From: Thermoplasmata archaeon
GTDB taxonomy: Archaea > Thermoplasmatota > Thermoplasmata > RBG-16-68-12 > JAFNFQ01
Direction: 5' to 3'
Assembly: GCA_041489255.1 (NCBI GenBank)
Contig: JBGPQV010000018.1
Coordinates: 1-59,327 of the forward strand
Length of the DNA stretch: 59,327 nt
The stretch's first letter is position 1; each line of letters opens with the position of its first letter. The notes under the pieces were generated by a model, which saw only the letters and a list, made by a program, of their open reading frames with translations, was not told the origin of the DNA and searched no databases. Both the position numbers and the translations under genes were made by a program. This document shows positions 58,948 to 59,327 of the stretch, one piece after another.

Positions 58948-59133
58948 ATGATAGACGATGAGATAAAGAGGATCGCTAACACCGTGGTGGCATGCCCATA
59001 TTGTCGGGAGTTGTTTCGGATTTCAGCTGGATGGTTCTTTGCTGATAATCCGTCTGCGACGAGGGAGCCCGAGAAGATGTTTCGAACGTATGTCTCGAAG
59101 CAAGTGGATGGGAAAGGTCGATACCTCGACTGA
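58948..59133 (+). CDS. Small hypothetical protein (CPYC)
   Basis: GGAG RBS; 61 aa. Confidence 0.4.
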   Translation: MIDDEIKRIANTVVACPYCRELFRISAGWFFADNPSATREPEKMFRTYVSKQVDGKGRYLD

Positions 59134-59327
59134 GGGTCCGCATCTTTCATTTGGGATCAGGCGAGGTGACACGGGGTCAGCCGAGGGTGTAGTGTTTCAT
59201 GCAACGTAATCGGCTTTTCTGCGACAGATACTTCTTAATAGCAATTTGTCTCTTTGTCTTGGCAGCTAAGGGATGGGATTCAGATTATGCAGCCCCGGAA
59301 ACCAGTGAGGCTTCTACGGCGAGACGA

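Larger units (their letters stand above)
53381..59327. mobile_element. tRNA-Leu-anchored island, right end not in window
   Basis: Integrase directly downstream of the tRNA; accessory-type genes follow; no second tRNA 3' copy seen. Confidence 0.6.

Noticed and set aside
59188-59327. Possible IS left end (TGTAGTGTTTCAT)
   Set aside because: No partner repeat or transposase visible in the window.

Overview
GC-rich archaeal DNA, probably a non-methanogenic Thermoplasmatota genome. This is an inference from the TATA-box promoters, class III pilin signals, KaiC/RAD55 ATPase, H4-folate genes, FixC and beta-oxidation genes. Left to right: (i) IS481-like remnants and a type IV pilus locus (two pilin-like genes, ATPase-TadC-TadC-ATPase) converging on a KaiC-like ATPase, a coiled-coil zinc-ribbon protein and a 1848-aa CARDB surface protein. 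(ii) A ~21.6-kb integrated element (17598-39244) sits in the divergent fhs/folD promoter region. It is bounded by a 13-bp direct repeat with inner 15-bp inverted arms. It encodes one tyrosine and three serine-family recombinases (one apparently catalytically dead), a Ku-like protein, a RadB-like ATPase, a SWIM finger, an ATP-grasp enzyme, a putative replication ATPase, an orphan DNA methyltransferase, HicBA and Panacea-RelE toxin-antitoxin pairs, surface proteins and a ~250-nt structured non-coding segment. (iii) Core metabolic genes. (iv) A Cas2-fold-like gene flanked by TTGGCC-N8-GGCCAA palindromes. (v) tRNA-Leu(CAA) followed by an integrase and a second island whose other end is not visible. 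No CRISPR array or rRNA was seen. All family assignments come from motif recognition by eye, not from database searches.
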